Positions 29,472-39,476 of a DNA stretch of 64,000 nt are shown here, piece after piece. Numbering within the stretch: the first letter of the stretch is position 1; each line of letters starts with the position of its first letter. The stretch comes from an uncultured delta proteobacterium (GTDB lineage: Bacteria > Desulfobacterota > Binatia > Binatales > Binataceae). The notes under the pieces are model-generated. The model was not told the origin of the DNA. It ran no database searches and saw nothing but the letters and a program-made list of their open reading frames with translations. A program made the translations under genes and the position numbers. The stretch lies in the NCBI GenBank assembly GCA_963848285.1, contig CAWKCZ010000003.1, positions 964,009 to 1,028,008 of the forward strand. Direction: 5' to 3'.

Positions 29472-30313
29472 ATGCGCAGACTCGAAAACAAAGTGGCGGT
29501 AATCACAGGGGCCTCGAGCGGGATGGGACGCGCGACGGCGATCCGATTCTCGCAAGAAGGCGCGTCAGTCGTGGTGGCCGATCTCAACGTCGATGGCGGT
29601 CGAGACCGTAGTCCGCGAATGCAAGGAAAACGGCGGCAACGCGGTCTTTCAAAAGGCCGACGTCAGCGCGGAGGAACAGATCAAAGCGATGATCGACCGC
29701 GCAGTTAAGGAATTCGGCCGTCTCGACATCACCTACAACAATGCCGGGCTTAGGCGGTGCAGTTGGCCCGATCGAGAACATCACAGTCGAGGATTGGGAC
29801 AAAACCTTCGCGGTCCTGGTGCGCGGAGTTTTCCTCGGCATTAAGCATTCGGTGCCGATGATGCGCAAACAGGGGGGCGGATCGATCATCTCCACTGCGT
29901 CACTTGCCGGTTTGCAGGGTTATGACGGCATCCACGCGTATTCCGGCGCCAAGGCCGCCGTCGTCAATGTCACGCGCTCGGCAGCGATTCAGCTCGGCCC
30001 GGACAAGATTCGCGTCAACTGCATTTGCCCGGGCGGCATCAACACGCCGATTCTGTACGGCACCACGCCCGGCGGCGAGAAGAGCATGGAGCAAATGCTT
30101 GACCACGCTCAGCCGATAAAACGTGCCGGTAGTCCTTTCGATATCGCCAATATGGCGCTGTTCCTCGCGTCCGATGAGTCCGAATGGATCACCGGCGCGG
30201 CGATGGTGGTCGACGGCGGAGCGATTGCGGGCGAGTCGATTCGGCTTGTGCAGGACGCCGAGACCAACGGCCTGCCACCGGGCGGCTTCGCAGGGCCATC
30301 GTTCCAGCGCTGA
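29472..30313 (+). pseudogene. short-chain dehydrogenase/reductase (classical SDR), with the frame broken twice
   Basis: Frame 1 reads MRRLENKVAVITGASSGMGRATAIRFSQEGASVVVADLN. Frame 2, from ~29590, reads AVETVVRECKENGGNAVFQKADVSAEEQIKAMIDRAVKEFGRLDITYNNAG. Frame 3, from ~29750, reads GAVGPIENITVEDWDKTF...IISTASLAGLQG...YSGAKAAV...PGGINTP. The TGxxxGxG, NNAG and YxxxK motifs are all present. Confidence 0.85.
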
Positions 30314-30320
30314 AGATTTG

Positions 30321-31358
30321 GTGACTCGCTCGCTTCGTCGCAATCCGCTGATGCTCGCGCTGGCGACCGGCCTGGTCGCGGCGTTTTTCAGCGTCTTTTA
30401 CCAGGCCGTCGAGGAGTTCTTCTCATTAGCTCCGCACGAGCAATTTAAGGAGCTGATGGTCATCGGCATTACCTCGATCGGAATGCTGCTGGCGATCGAG
30501 CCGATCCTCGAGCGCATCAGTCCGGTGCGATTTCGTGAGCATTCCGCGCGCGAAGACGACCTACTCATCCGCGCTGGAGCCCTGTTGACGATAGTCGCGA
30601 CCGCTCTGCTGCATGGCCTGCTGCATGCGCACATCAGCCAGAGTCTCAGCGTCCATGGGATGCTCGTGATCGAGCAGCTACTCACTGCCCTGGTGGCGCC
30701 GACGCTGATTACCCTCGCATGGATCTATGGCGTGGCCCGGGAACAGTACCATGCGAGATGGTACGGTCTCGTCGCAGGGATGCTCGCCGGAGTCAGCCTG
30801 GTTCTGATCGCAACTGTGCAGCTCTACTTCTTTCGGCCATCGACAGGTTTGCGCGAGGCTGCCGGAGGCAACGCCGCGATCGCGATGCTTGGAGTCGCGA
30901 CCTCCTTTGTGTGGTTCGTCATCCCGACCTGCGCCGTCAATGGGTACCTCGGCGGCCTCGCGCTGGATCGGCAATGGACCGGCAAGGCGTGGCGCGCGGT
31001 CGCTATCGGGCTGATGCTTGCCGCCGCGGTCGAGGCAGGATCATTCATGCTGACTTCTTCCTTCGAGTTCCAGGCACTCAAGACAGTCGGGCTCACGCAA
31101 CCGGATTCCATCGGATCTCTCATCGCAGAGGCGGTAGTCGGAAACCTGGGCTGGGCGATGGGGCTGCTGGTACGTCCCGACGCCGATGCACTTCTCGGCA
31201 GTGCGGTTCGGTTCGCAACCCGGAGCGGCAGGTCAACCAAAGTCGTCTGGGCTTTGACCTCTGCGACCGCGATGTTGGCGCTGGCAACCTTGATGTCGAT
31301 TAGCGCCATCGCGCTGCGCGGCCACATTGCCGGATTGCTGCTCGGTCAAGCGCGCTGA
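30321..31358 (+). CDS. polytopic integral membrane protein, function unknown
   Basis: It has ~9 hydrophobic segments after a GTG 30321 / ATG 30351 start. The upstream part of the 411-aa track ORF overlaps the SDR 3' end and is not credible. No family motif is recognised. Confidence 0.45.
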   Translation: MTRSLRRNPLMLALATGLVAAFFSVFYQAVEEFFSLAPHEQFKELMVIGITSIGMLLAIEPILERISPVRFREHSAREDDLLIRAGALLTIVATALLHGLLHAHISQSLSVHGMLVIEQLLTALVAPTLITLAWIYGVAREQYHARWYGLVAGMLAGVSLVLIATVQLYFFRPSTGLREAAGGNAAIAMLGVATSFVWFVIPTCAVNGYLGGLALDRQWTGKAWRAVAIGLMLAAAVEAGSFMLTSSFEFQALKTVGLTQPDSIGSLIAEAVVGNLGWAMGLLVRPDADALLGSAVRFATRSGRSTKVVWALTSATAMLALATLMSISAIALRGHIAGLLLGQAR

Positions 31359-31528
31359 CCCATCGCGGTCATTCCACGTTTCCGGAAACGCGCGGGACTG
31401 GACTTTCCGCGACGGCGTGGTATGTCGATACCGCGAATGGTCGCGCCTGTCCGCCGTGGGGCACGTGTTTAGGCGGCTGACGCGAAGATCAGATCGCATG
31501 CTTTGATAACAAGGAGACAGGGGACCCG

Positions 31529-33717
31529 ATGATTGCAAAGCCCAGTCATCTCGTAGTTATTGCGCTCGTTTTGACCGTTGCCGGCGTCGGTTGCTGGCAT
31601 CACATGGCCAACACCTCCGATGCGTCGTCGACGGCAGCAGCCGCGCCCGCGGCGCAGCCTTCGACCGCAGCCGCACCCGCCGGGCAAGTTGACATGGCGC
31701 GCCTGGTCGCTGCCGACAAGGAAGGCGCCAACTGGCTCATCTACGGGCGCAACTACAGTGAGCAGCGCTTTAGTCCTCTGACGAAGATCAACGCCGACAA
31801 CGTCAAGAACCTCGGCCTGGCCTGGTCCTACGATCTGGAAACCAATCGCGGGCAGGAAGCGACCCCGATCGTCGTCGACGGCGTGATGTACGTCACCACC
31901 GCCTGGTCGCTGGTCAAGGCCTTCGATGCGAAAACCGGTAAGCTGCTGTGGGCCTACGACCCGCAAGTTAAAAAAGAAATTCTCATCCACGTATGTTGCG
32001 ATGCGGTAAATCGCGGCGTCGCGGTCTGGAAGGGCAAGGTTTACTTCGGCGCGATCGACGGACGCCTCATCGCGCTCGATGCCGGCACCGGCAAGGAATT
32101 GTGGAGCGTCCAGACCGTCGACCCAACCCAGCCTTACACCATCACTTCGGCTCCGCGCGTGTTCAATGACAAGATCGTGATCGGCAACAGCGGCTCCGAA
32201 TACGGCGTGCGCGGATACATGTCGGCCTACGACGCTGCGACCGGAAAAATGCTGTGGCGGACCTACACTGTGCCGGGCGATCCTTCGAAGCCATTTGAAA
32301 CCCCAGCGATGGCGAAGGCTGCCAAGACCTGGAAAGGTGGCGATTGGTGGGTGCGCGGCGGAGGCGGCAATCCGTGGGGCGGCATCTCGTATGACCCCGA
32401 CCTCGACATGCTCTACTTCGGCACCGCCAACGGCGTCGAATGGGACCAGAAGCATCGCAGTCCCAAGGGCGGCGACAATCTCTACCTCGCCTCGATCATC
32501 GCGCTGAAAGGTTCGACCGGCGAGATGGCCTGGTATTACCAAGTGGTTCCCGGCGACGTATGGGATTACGACGCCACGCAGGACATCGTGCTGGCCGACC
32601 TCACCATCGATGGCAAACTGCGCAAGGTGGCGATGCAGGCCGGCAAGGACGGTTATTTTTACGTCCTCGATCGCAAAACCGGCGAGCTGATCTCGGCGAA
32701 GAATTTCGTACCGGTGAACTGGTCCACCGGCATCGACATGAAGACCGGCCGCCCGATCGAGATCCCTGCGGCGCGCTACGACAAGACCGGTAAGCAGTTC
32801 GTCGCGCGTCCGGCGCCCACTGGTGGTCACAACTGGCAGCCGATGGCGTTCAATCCCGGGACGGGATTGGTCTACATTCCCGCTCAGGAAGAAGGATTCG
32901 CGTTCGAGTCCGACAAGAATTTCAAGGCGACCACCGTCGGCAACAACATGGCGATCGATCTCGGAAAGGTAACCGCCGGCACGGGTCAGGCATTCAAGGA
33001 TGCGCTCAAGGGCGAGAAGGGTTTCCTGCTCGCATGGGATCCGATTCAGCAGAAGGAAGTCTGGCGTCATCAATACATGGGTCCCTGGAACGGCGGCATT
33101 ATGACCACTGCGGGCAACCTCGTCTTCCAGGGCAACGCCGGACGCGAGTTCGGTGCGTATCGCGCGGACAATGGCCAACAGCTATGGACGGTGCCGGTCC
33201 AGACCGGAGTTATCGCGGGCTCGATGACCTATGAAGTCGACGGCGAGCAGTATGTCGCGACCCTCGCGGGATGGGGCGGGAGCTATGCGATCCTCGGCGG
33301 CGGCCTCGCGAAGATCTCGGGCCATCAGCGCAACATCAGCCGGCTGCTGGTGTTCAAGCTCGGCGGCACCGCCAACTTCCGCCTCCTCCGGCCGAGGAAA
33401 TCATGGTACTCAATCCGCCCAAGCAGACCGCGAACGCTGCCACCATCGCGTTGGGCAAGAAGCTCTACGGGCGCAACTGCGTGATGTGTCATGGCGTCGA
33501 TGTAGTCAGCGGCGGCATCAACCCCGATCTTCGCTACAGCAAACTCCTCGATGACGACGGCTTCTACGACGTCGTGCTGGGCGGCAAACTGTCAGATCAG
33601 GGCATGGTGTCGTTCGCCAAGAACATCGACAAGAAGCAGGCGGCGGCGATTCGCGCCTTCGTGATCCAGCGCGCGATCGAGTCGAAAGCCGAGGAATCCA
33701 AGGAAGCGAAGAACTAG
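31529..33717 (+). pseudogene. PQQ-dependent alcohol dehydrogenase, quinohemoprotein type (C-terminal cytochrome c domain), with the frame broken once
   Basis: An AAGGAG Shine-Dalgarno sequence precedes the start. The ORF contains [18 protein letters not shown] and the vicinal disulfide [12 protein letters not shown], plus W-motif propeller repeats. At ~33375 the frame switches ([11 protein letters not shown] to [15 protein letters not shown]) into a c-type cytochrome domain with CVMCHG. Confidence 0.9.
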
Positions 33718-33748
33718 AAGATGGTGTCGTTTCGCGCCCTCCCCTCGG

Positions 33749-33778
33749 GCATGACGGCATGATAGCATGATGGCATGA
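33749..33778 (+). promoter_or_regulatory. four direct GCATGA hexamers at 8-bp spacing, 19 nt upstream of the AbrB-like antitoxin start (candidate operator)
   Basis: Read directly from the sequence: GCATGAcgGCATGAtaGCATGAtgGCATGA at 33749-33778. Confidence 0.35.
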
Positions 33779-33796
33779 AAGCCAGTGCGGCCGTCG

Positions 33797-34089
33797 ATGA
33801 GCGACGTCGAGATCAAAGTCGTCGGCAAGAGCGGGCAGATTTCGCTCGGCAAAAGCTACGCGGGCAAGATTCTCCGTCTTGAACGGCGGCAGGACGGCGA
33901 CTATGCGTTCTGACAGCGGTGGCTATCGTGCCTGAGAGTCAATTGTGGACTCTGCAGGAACCGCACCGCTCGCGCATCGAGCGAGGACTCGCATGGGCTG
34001 AACAGACGCCTGCCCGCAGGAGACCGACCTGGACCGGTTGATCAAAGCTCGCTCGTCAGCGCGCGGAACGCAAACGTGCCCGCGCCTAG
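33797..34089 (+). pseudogene. AbrB/MazE/SpoVT-type antitoxin remnant (frame broken at least 2-3 times)
   Basis: The ATG at 33797 gives MSDVEIKVVGKSGQISLGKSYAGKILRLERRQDGDYA, a swapped-hairpin AbrB-like N-terminus. Other frames continue LTAVAIVPESQLWTLQEPHRSRIERGLAWAEQTPAR, then ETDLDRLIKARSSAR and ERKRARA-stop (TAG 34087-34089). Confidence 0.55.
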
Positions 34090-34434
34090 AAAATCGCATC
34101 CGCCTCGATCTCAACAGCCCGGAATTTCAGAGCGTTTTCTTTCAACCTGGAAGCGGACGATCTGCGACAGGTGGTAGCTGCACTTGCGGCGTCTGCAGCG
34201 ATATGGAATTGGCCCGCACTCTATCGCCACACCGGGCTTCAGATGGGAAGCGATTGAGCATTTGAAACGCGAGACGGTAGAAGGTTTATTCGCTGCGACT
34301 CAGTCAGCGCATTCGCGCGGTTGCGATTCGCGACGGAAACTTTCTTGCGGCTCATCTCACTTCATCCCGAACACGATCGCACATATCGGCGAAAGATAGC
34401 GTCACGCAACGCATCGATTCGTTTCCCAACTTAA
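34084..34434 (+). pseudogene. RelE/ParE-superfamily-like toxin remnant (frame broken at least 4 times); boundaries approximate
   Basis: Pieces in three frames join into a colinear toxin-like sequence: RIRLDLNSPEFQSVFF / NLEADDLRQVVAAL / GFRWEAIEHLKRETVEGL / YSLRLSQRIRAVAIRDGNFL / RLISLHPEHDRTYRRK. The ending pattern (R-x-x-A-x-x-x-G-x-x-L-x-L-x-x-x-x-x-HD-x-x-Y) is typical of this superfamily. Confidence 0.4.
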
Positions 34435-34474
34435 ATCGCGCGTGCGCTATATGAACTCGGAAGTGGAGTAGCCC

Positions 34475-35647
34475 ATGGAAGAGTTCACCGTAAAAGATAA
34501 AGTCGCGATCGCCGGGGTCGGCGAATCGAAATATTACAAACGCGGGCAGGCGCCGGTGCCCGAATTCAAACTCGCCGTCGAGGCCATCACCAAGGCCGCC
34601 GCGGATGCGGGAATCGCAGTCACCGACATCGACGGATTCGCATCGCTACAGCGACGATCGCAATTCCGCGGTGCGACTGGCCGCGGCGCTGGGACTGCCG
34701 CAGTTGCGCTTCGCCAACATGATGTGGGGCGGCGGCGGCGGCGGAGGTTCCGGCGCGGTCGGCAATGCCGCCGCCGCGATCGTCGCGGGATATGCGAAGT
34801 ATGTGTGCGTGTTTCGCGCGCTCGCGCAGGGTCAGTTCGGCCGCTTCGGCCAGGCGCCGCCGGTGAAAACCGTCTCGGGTCCGGCGGCATACACGCTGCC
34901 CGTATGGGATGGCGGTCCCGGCGCATTGGGTCGCGCTGCGCACGCGCCGCTTCATGCACGAGCACGGCATCAATCAGGATCCGCTGCGCGCGGTTGCGAT
35001 GGCCGACTACTATCATGCGCAATTCAACCCGCGCGCCGTGATGTATGGGCATCCGCTGACGCGCGAGGAGTACGACAACTCGCGCTGGATCGCCGAGCCG
35101 TTTCATCTTTACGACTGCTGCATGGAAAACGACGGCGCCGCGGCGGTCATCCTGACCACCGCCGAACGCGCGCGCGATTTGAAGCAGAAGCCGGTTTACG
35201 TGATGGCTGCCGCGCAGGGCGCGCCTCATCGCGGATGGGCCAACGTCGAGAACGCGCCCGACTATGCGTCATCGAACTTCAAGACCCTGGCGCCGCGCCT
35301 CTACGAAATGGCGGGAATTACGCCCAAAGACGTCGACGTCGCGCAGGTCTACGAGCACTTCAGCGGCGCCGTGATGATCAGCATGGTCGAGCACGGCTTC
35401 TGCCAGCCCGACGAGGTGATGGAGTTCGTCACCTTCGAAAATATCACCGCGCCCAACGGCAAGCTGCCGATCAACACCAGCGGCGGCAACATCGCCGAAT
35501 GCTACATGCATGGGCTGGAGCTGGTGACCGAAGCGGTGCGCCAATGCCGCGGAACTTCGACCTGCCAGGTGCCCGACGCGAAAATTTCTCTCGTCGTTTC
35601 AGGTCCGATGGTCGCGCCGGTCAGCGATCTGATCGCTTCATGGGTGA
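34475..35647 (+). pseudogene. thiolase-fold protein of the SCP-x / lipid-transfer (non-condensing) type, with the frame broken twice; the 3' end is approximate
   Basis: Frame 1 reads MEEFTVKDKVAIAGVGESKYYKRGQAPVPEFKLAVEAITKAAADAGIAVTDIDGFAS. Frame 2, from ~34640, reads YSDDRNSAVRLAAALGLPQLRF...GNAAAAIVAGYAKYVCVFRA. Frame 3, from ~34895, reads PYGMAVPAHWVALRTRRFMHEHG...LYDCCMENDGAAAVILT...INTSGGNIAECYMHGLELVTEAVRQCRG. Confidence 0.8.
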
Positions 35648-35654
35648 TGCCAAA

Positions 35655-36108
35655 ATGCCAACGCAAGAACAAATCGAAATATTATCTGCCCGCCGGACTG
35701 CCCGGGCCCGCCGCCGAGCGCAACGGCATGGACAAGGGCTTCTGGGACGCGGTCAAGGCAGCACAAGCTGACCGTCCAGCGCTGCAACGCATGCGGCGGA
35801 TTTCCAGTTCGGCCCCGAATGGATTTGCCATCGATGCCACAGCGACGACCTCGGATGGCATCGCGTGTCGGGTCGCGGCCGCATCTACAGTTGGGTGCGC
35901 ATCTGGAATCCGGTGCATCCCGCGCTGCAAGAGGCGCGTGCCCTTACATCGCGCTGGTCGTGGAGCTTGCCCGACGCCGGCAACGTGCGCGATGGTCGGC
36001 AATCTGCTCGGCGATCCGCAGCAGGAGCCCGCCTTCGATGCCGAAGTCGAAGCGGTCTTCGAGGATCACGACGAAGGATACACGCTGGTGCAATGGAAGT
36101 TCGCGTAG
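35655..36108 (+). pseudogene. DUF35 / OB-fold plus rubredoxin-like zinc-ribbon protein (thiolase partner), with the frame broken about 6 times
   Basis: Joined pieces read MPTQEQIEI / YLPAGLPGPAAERNGMDKGFWDAVKA / HKLTVQRCNACGGF / QFGPEWICHRCHSDDLGWHRVSGRGRIYSWVRIWNPVHPALQEA / PYIALVVEL / PDAGNVR / MVGNLLGDPQQEPAFDAEVEAVFEDHDEGYTLVQWKFA. The CxxC...CxxC ribbon and OB-fold pattern of DUF35 are present. Confidence 0.7.
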
Positions 36109-36112
36109 CGAC

Positions 36113-36881
36113 ATGAGCCTCGTCAATTTCGATGTCGAAGAGAACCTCGCGATCGTCACCATCAATCGGCCCGAGGCGCGCAATGCGGTGGATCATCCGA
36201 CCGTCGCAGGAACTCGCGAGCGCGTTTCGCCGCTTCGATGCCGATGAATCTTTAAGCGTCGCGATCCTCACCGGCGTCGGCGGATATTTTTGCGCGGGCG
36301 CGGATTTGAAAGCCGTCGCGACCGGAAAAGGCAATCGCGTCACCGCCGATGGCGACGGCCCGCTCGGATGCACCCGGATGCTGCTCTCCAAGCCGGTCAT
36401 CGCGGCGGTCGAAGGATACGCAGTCGCGGGCGGGCTCGAGCTCGCGCTGTGGTGCGATATGCGAGTGGCGGCGCGCGATGCGGTCTTCGGCGTGTTTTGC
36501 CGGCGCTTCGGCGTGCCGCTCATCGATGGCGGCACGGTGCGATTGCCGCAGCCTCATCGGCATGAGCAACGCGATGGACATGATCCTCACCGGGCGCGGC
36601 GTTTCCGGCGAAGAGGCGCTGCGGATGGGCCTCGCGAATCGCATCGTCGAGCGTGGCAATGCGCTCGCATCGGCGAAAGAACTCGCGCGCCAGATCGCCG
36701 CGTTTCCGCAGCGCTGCATGCGCGGCGATCGGATGTCGGCTTACGAGGCGTGGACGATGCCGCTCGACGACGCGATCCAGCAACGAATATCGCCACGGCA
36801 TCGCGACGATGCAGTCGGGCGAGACTCGCGAGGGCGCGGCGCGGTTCAGCCTCGGGCGTCGGACGCCACGGCAAATTCTAG
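36113..36881 (+). pseudogene. enoyl-CoA hydratase/isomerase (crotonase) family protein, with the frame broken about 4 times
   Basis: The pieces are MSLVNFDVEENLAIVTINRPEARNAVD; ELASAFRRFDADESLSVAILTGVGGYFCAGADLKA...KPVIAAVEGYAVAGGLELALWCDMRVAA; LIGMSNAMDMILTGRGVSGEEALRMGLANRIV; NEYRHGIATMQSGETREGAARFSLG; GVGRHGKF-stop. Confidence 0.8.
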
Positions 36882-37029
36882 ATCGCGCGCCATACGATAA
36901 GCGAAATCGTTGCGCGCCGGATGAATTCACGCGTCGCGCTGCGCCGTCCAATGTAGGGTCTGTCCGAAGGAGGGCCGCAGTTTCGTCCGCTTCGCCCGCC
37001 TTCGAATCGCTCTCGAACGGGAGAACAAC

Positions 37030-38787
37030 TTGAGACAGATCCTGAACTCCCCACGCGCGGCGCCGTGGCGCCGCATCGTACCAACTTCGTATCCTATTCG
37101 CTTTTGCCCTTTGCTCGATGATCGCCGCGTGCGGCCCGCTGGGTAAGCTGATCGTCCATCGCGGCACCGAGCAACTAAAACCGGTGGTCGCGCCTCCACC
37201 GCCGCAGTCGCCCCATGTGCTGATCTTCGCGCTCGATGGCGTCGGCTACGATCAGTTCACCGATGCGACCAAACCCGGCGCCTCGCCCGCGGTCGATGCG
37301 ATCCTCGGGAAGCTCGCTCGGCAGCGGGATCTATGCGCATGGATACTCGATTCCGAATGCGGTGAGCGTGCTGCCCTCGACCACTATCGATGCGTGGACG
37401 GCGACCTTCACCGGCGCGCCGCCCGCGTACAACGGCATCACCGGCAACGAATGGTTTCAGCGCGAGACCGCGACCTTCTATGCGCCGGCGCCGGTGTCGC
37501 TCCCGAAGACTCCGCGGGCAGACCATGGAGGTCTACTCGGAAGATTTGATCGGCAAGCAGATCAAGGTGCCGACGCTGTTTGAGAAGGTCAAAGGGCCGT
37601 CGTTCGTATCCCTCAACGGCGTGTACCGCGGGGCGAACATCTTCACCAGCGTCGACGTCTCGGCTTTCAGCGCACTGGCGAGCAGCTACATCGAGAGCGA
37701 CATCGGCGACGATCTCACCGATGAGCGAACGCCTACGCCAAGATGGACCTCGAATCGATTTCGCTGATTACCGGGGCAATCGAAAAGAACGGCGTGCCGA
37801 AATTGCAGGTGGTCTATTTCCCGGGCATCGATCTGTTCACCCATATCGCCGAACACGCGCTGCACGACCAGGTCGAATATTTTAAGACCGTCATTAATCC
37901 TGCGATCGAGAAAGTCATCGAGGAGTATCGCAAGCAAGGCGCGCTCGACAGCACCTATGTCATTTTCGTCTCCGATCACGGACATACCCCGGTTCTCAAG
38001 GACGAAAAGCATGCGCTGGGCGCGCATGAGACCGGGCGCGCCGCGCACGTGCTGACCCGGAGTGGATTTCGCCTGCGTCCACTGGAAGTGGAACCTACCG
38101 AACAATGACTATACCGCGACGCTCGCGTATCAGGGCGCCATCGCTTACGTGTACCTCGCGAATCGCGCGATTTGCCCGGCCGGGAAAAAATGCGACTGGA
38201 GCAAACCTCCGCGTTTCAAGCAGGATGTGATGCCGGTGGTGCGCGCCTTCTATCAGGCCAACAAGAACGGCATGCGCGCCCACGGCCTCGAAGGAGCACT
38301 CGATCTGATTTTCGCCCGCAAACCGATGCCGACCGGCAAGAACACCCTGCCGTACGAAGTCTTCGACGGCCACAAACTGATTCCAATCGGCGACTATCTC
38401 AAGGCGCATCCGCGCCCCGATTTCATCCAGCTCGAGCGACGGATGCAGTGGCTTTCCGCCGGTCCATGGGGCAATCACGCGGGCGATGTGCTGTTGCTTT
38501 CGAAATCAGGACTCAACCGGCCGATCGAAGATCGCTACTACTTTTCGCGGCCCTACAATTCGTGGCATGGCAGTCCCTCGATGCAGGACAGCCACATCAC
38601 CTTTGCGATCGCCAACGCGAAATCGACGGGCGCCGAGCTCAAGGACATCATCGCGCAGATCGGTGACGATGAACCGTCGCAGCTCGATCTCACGCCGCTG
38701 GTGCTGAAGCTGCTGCATCAGGAATCGCAGCCGAATGCACTCGTGCCTCAGTCTTTGGGCAAGGGACCCGTCAGCGAGGCGCGCTGA
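37030..38787 (+). pseudogene. alkaline-phosphatase-superfamily enzyme (type I phosphodiesterase / nucleotide pyrophosphatase family), probable lipoprotein, with the frame broken at least 5 times
   Basis: The pieces are LRILFAFALCSMIAACG (lipobox); HVLIFALDGVGYDQF; GIYAHGYSIPNAVSVLPSTTIDAWTATFTGAPPAYNGITGNEWF; LQVVYFPGIDLFTHI; YVIFVSDHGHTPV; and a long intact C-terminal frame (38062-38787). The exact 5' end is uncertain. Confidence 0.7.
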
Positions 38788-39468
38788 GAAATTTCGATCC
38801 AGTTGCCATCGGGATCGCGGATGAAACAGATGCGCGCGATGTCGCCGAAGGTCATCGGCGCGGAACCCTGCCATGCGCCGTGCGCCATGCAATGCTTGAA
38901 GGTCGCGCTGCAGTCGCGCACCTGGATCGTCATGTAGCGAATTCCTACTCCGCGCATCGACTCCATCACCGCCGCGACGCTGCGCGGGTCCGAGCGATCG
39001 GCGCGCTTCGCGTTCGGGTCGGCCTCGAAGCTCAGCACCGTTTTGCCGATGCGATAACGCTTCGGGCGCCAGTTTCTCGGCCTCGAGGACTTCGCCATAG
39101 AAATGATCGAAGTCAGCTTCGTTGGTGACTCCAAGATGCAGTCCGATTTGTTCCACGCCATGCTGGCCGTTCGGCACCAGATGAATCTCGTTGCCGTCCG
39201 GGTCGTTGAGCCCGAACGGAATCGGAGTGCGCCGATCCGCGATGGTGAGCCGTGAGTAGCCGCCGGGCACGCGCGCCGGCAGCGCATCCCGCGAATGATT
39301 GATTTTCAACACCGAGCCGAGCAGCCCGTAGCGATACTGCTGGACGCCGCCGCCGACCGGCAGCAATTCCTCGTACGGCAACTTGATGCGTTCGGTGTAG
39401 AACGCACGCATCTCTTCGAGCTGGTTGGTGAACATGCCGACGTCGAGACAGTCTTTCGCGAGTTCCAT
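38748..39468 (-). pseudogene. VOC/glyoxalase-family protein (two-module), with the frame broken once
   Basis: The ATG at 39468 gives MELAKDCLDVGMFTNQLEEMRAFYTERIKLPYEE...GLNDPDGNEIHLV...IGLHLGVTNEADFDHFYGEVL. A switch near 39065 leads to YRIGKTVLSFEADP...IRYMTIQVRDCSATFKHCMAHG...ICFIRDPDGNWIEI. It lies 8 nt downstream of the RND pump gene. Confidence 0.7.
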
Positions 39469-39476
39469 GTTCGAGC

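Noticed and set aside
31469-33178. A 569-aa minus-strand ORF. Similar long antisense ORFs lie at 3665-4984, 9561-10559, 38506-39945, 42469-44127, 44425-45396 and 60338-61843.
   Set aside because: Each lies opposite a gene with strong family motifs (PQQ-ADH, ppiD, larC, VOC/RND, adaptor, OMF, Mo-hydroxylase). Each has Arg/Gly/Asp-rich low-information composition typical of the non-coding strand of GC-rich genes. Part of 38506-39945 is real only where it coincides with the VOC N-terminal frame.
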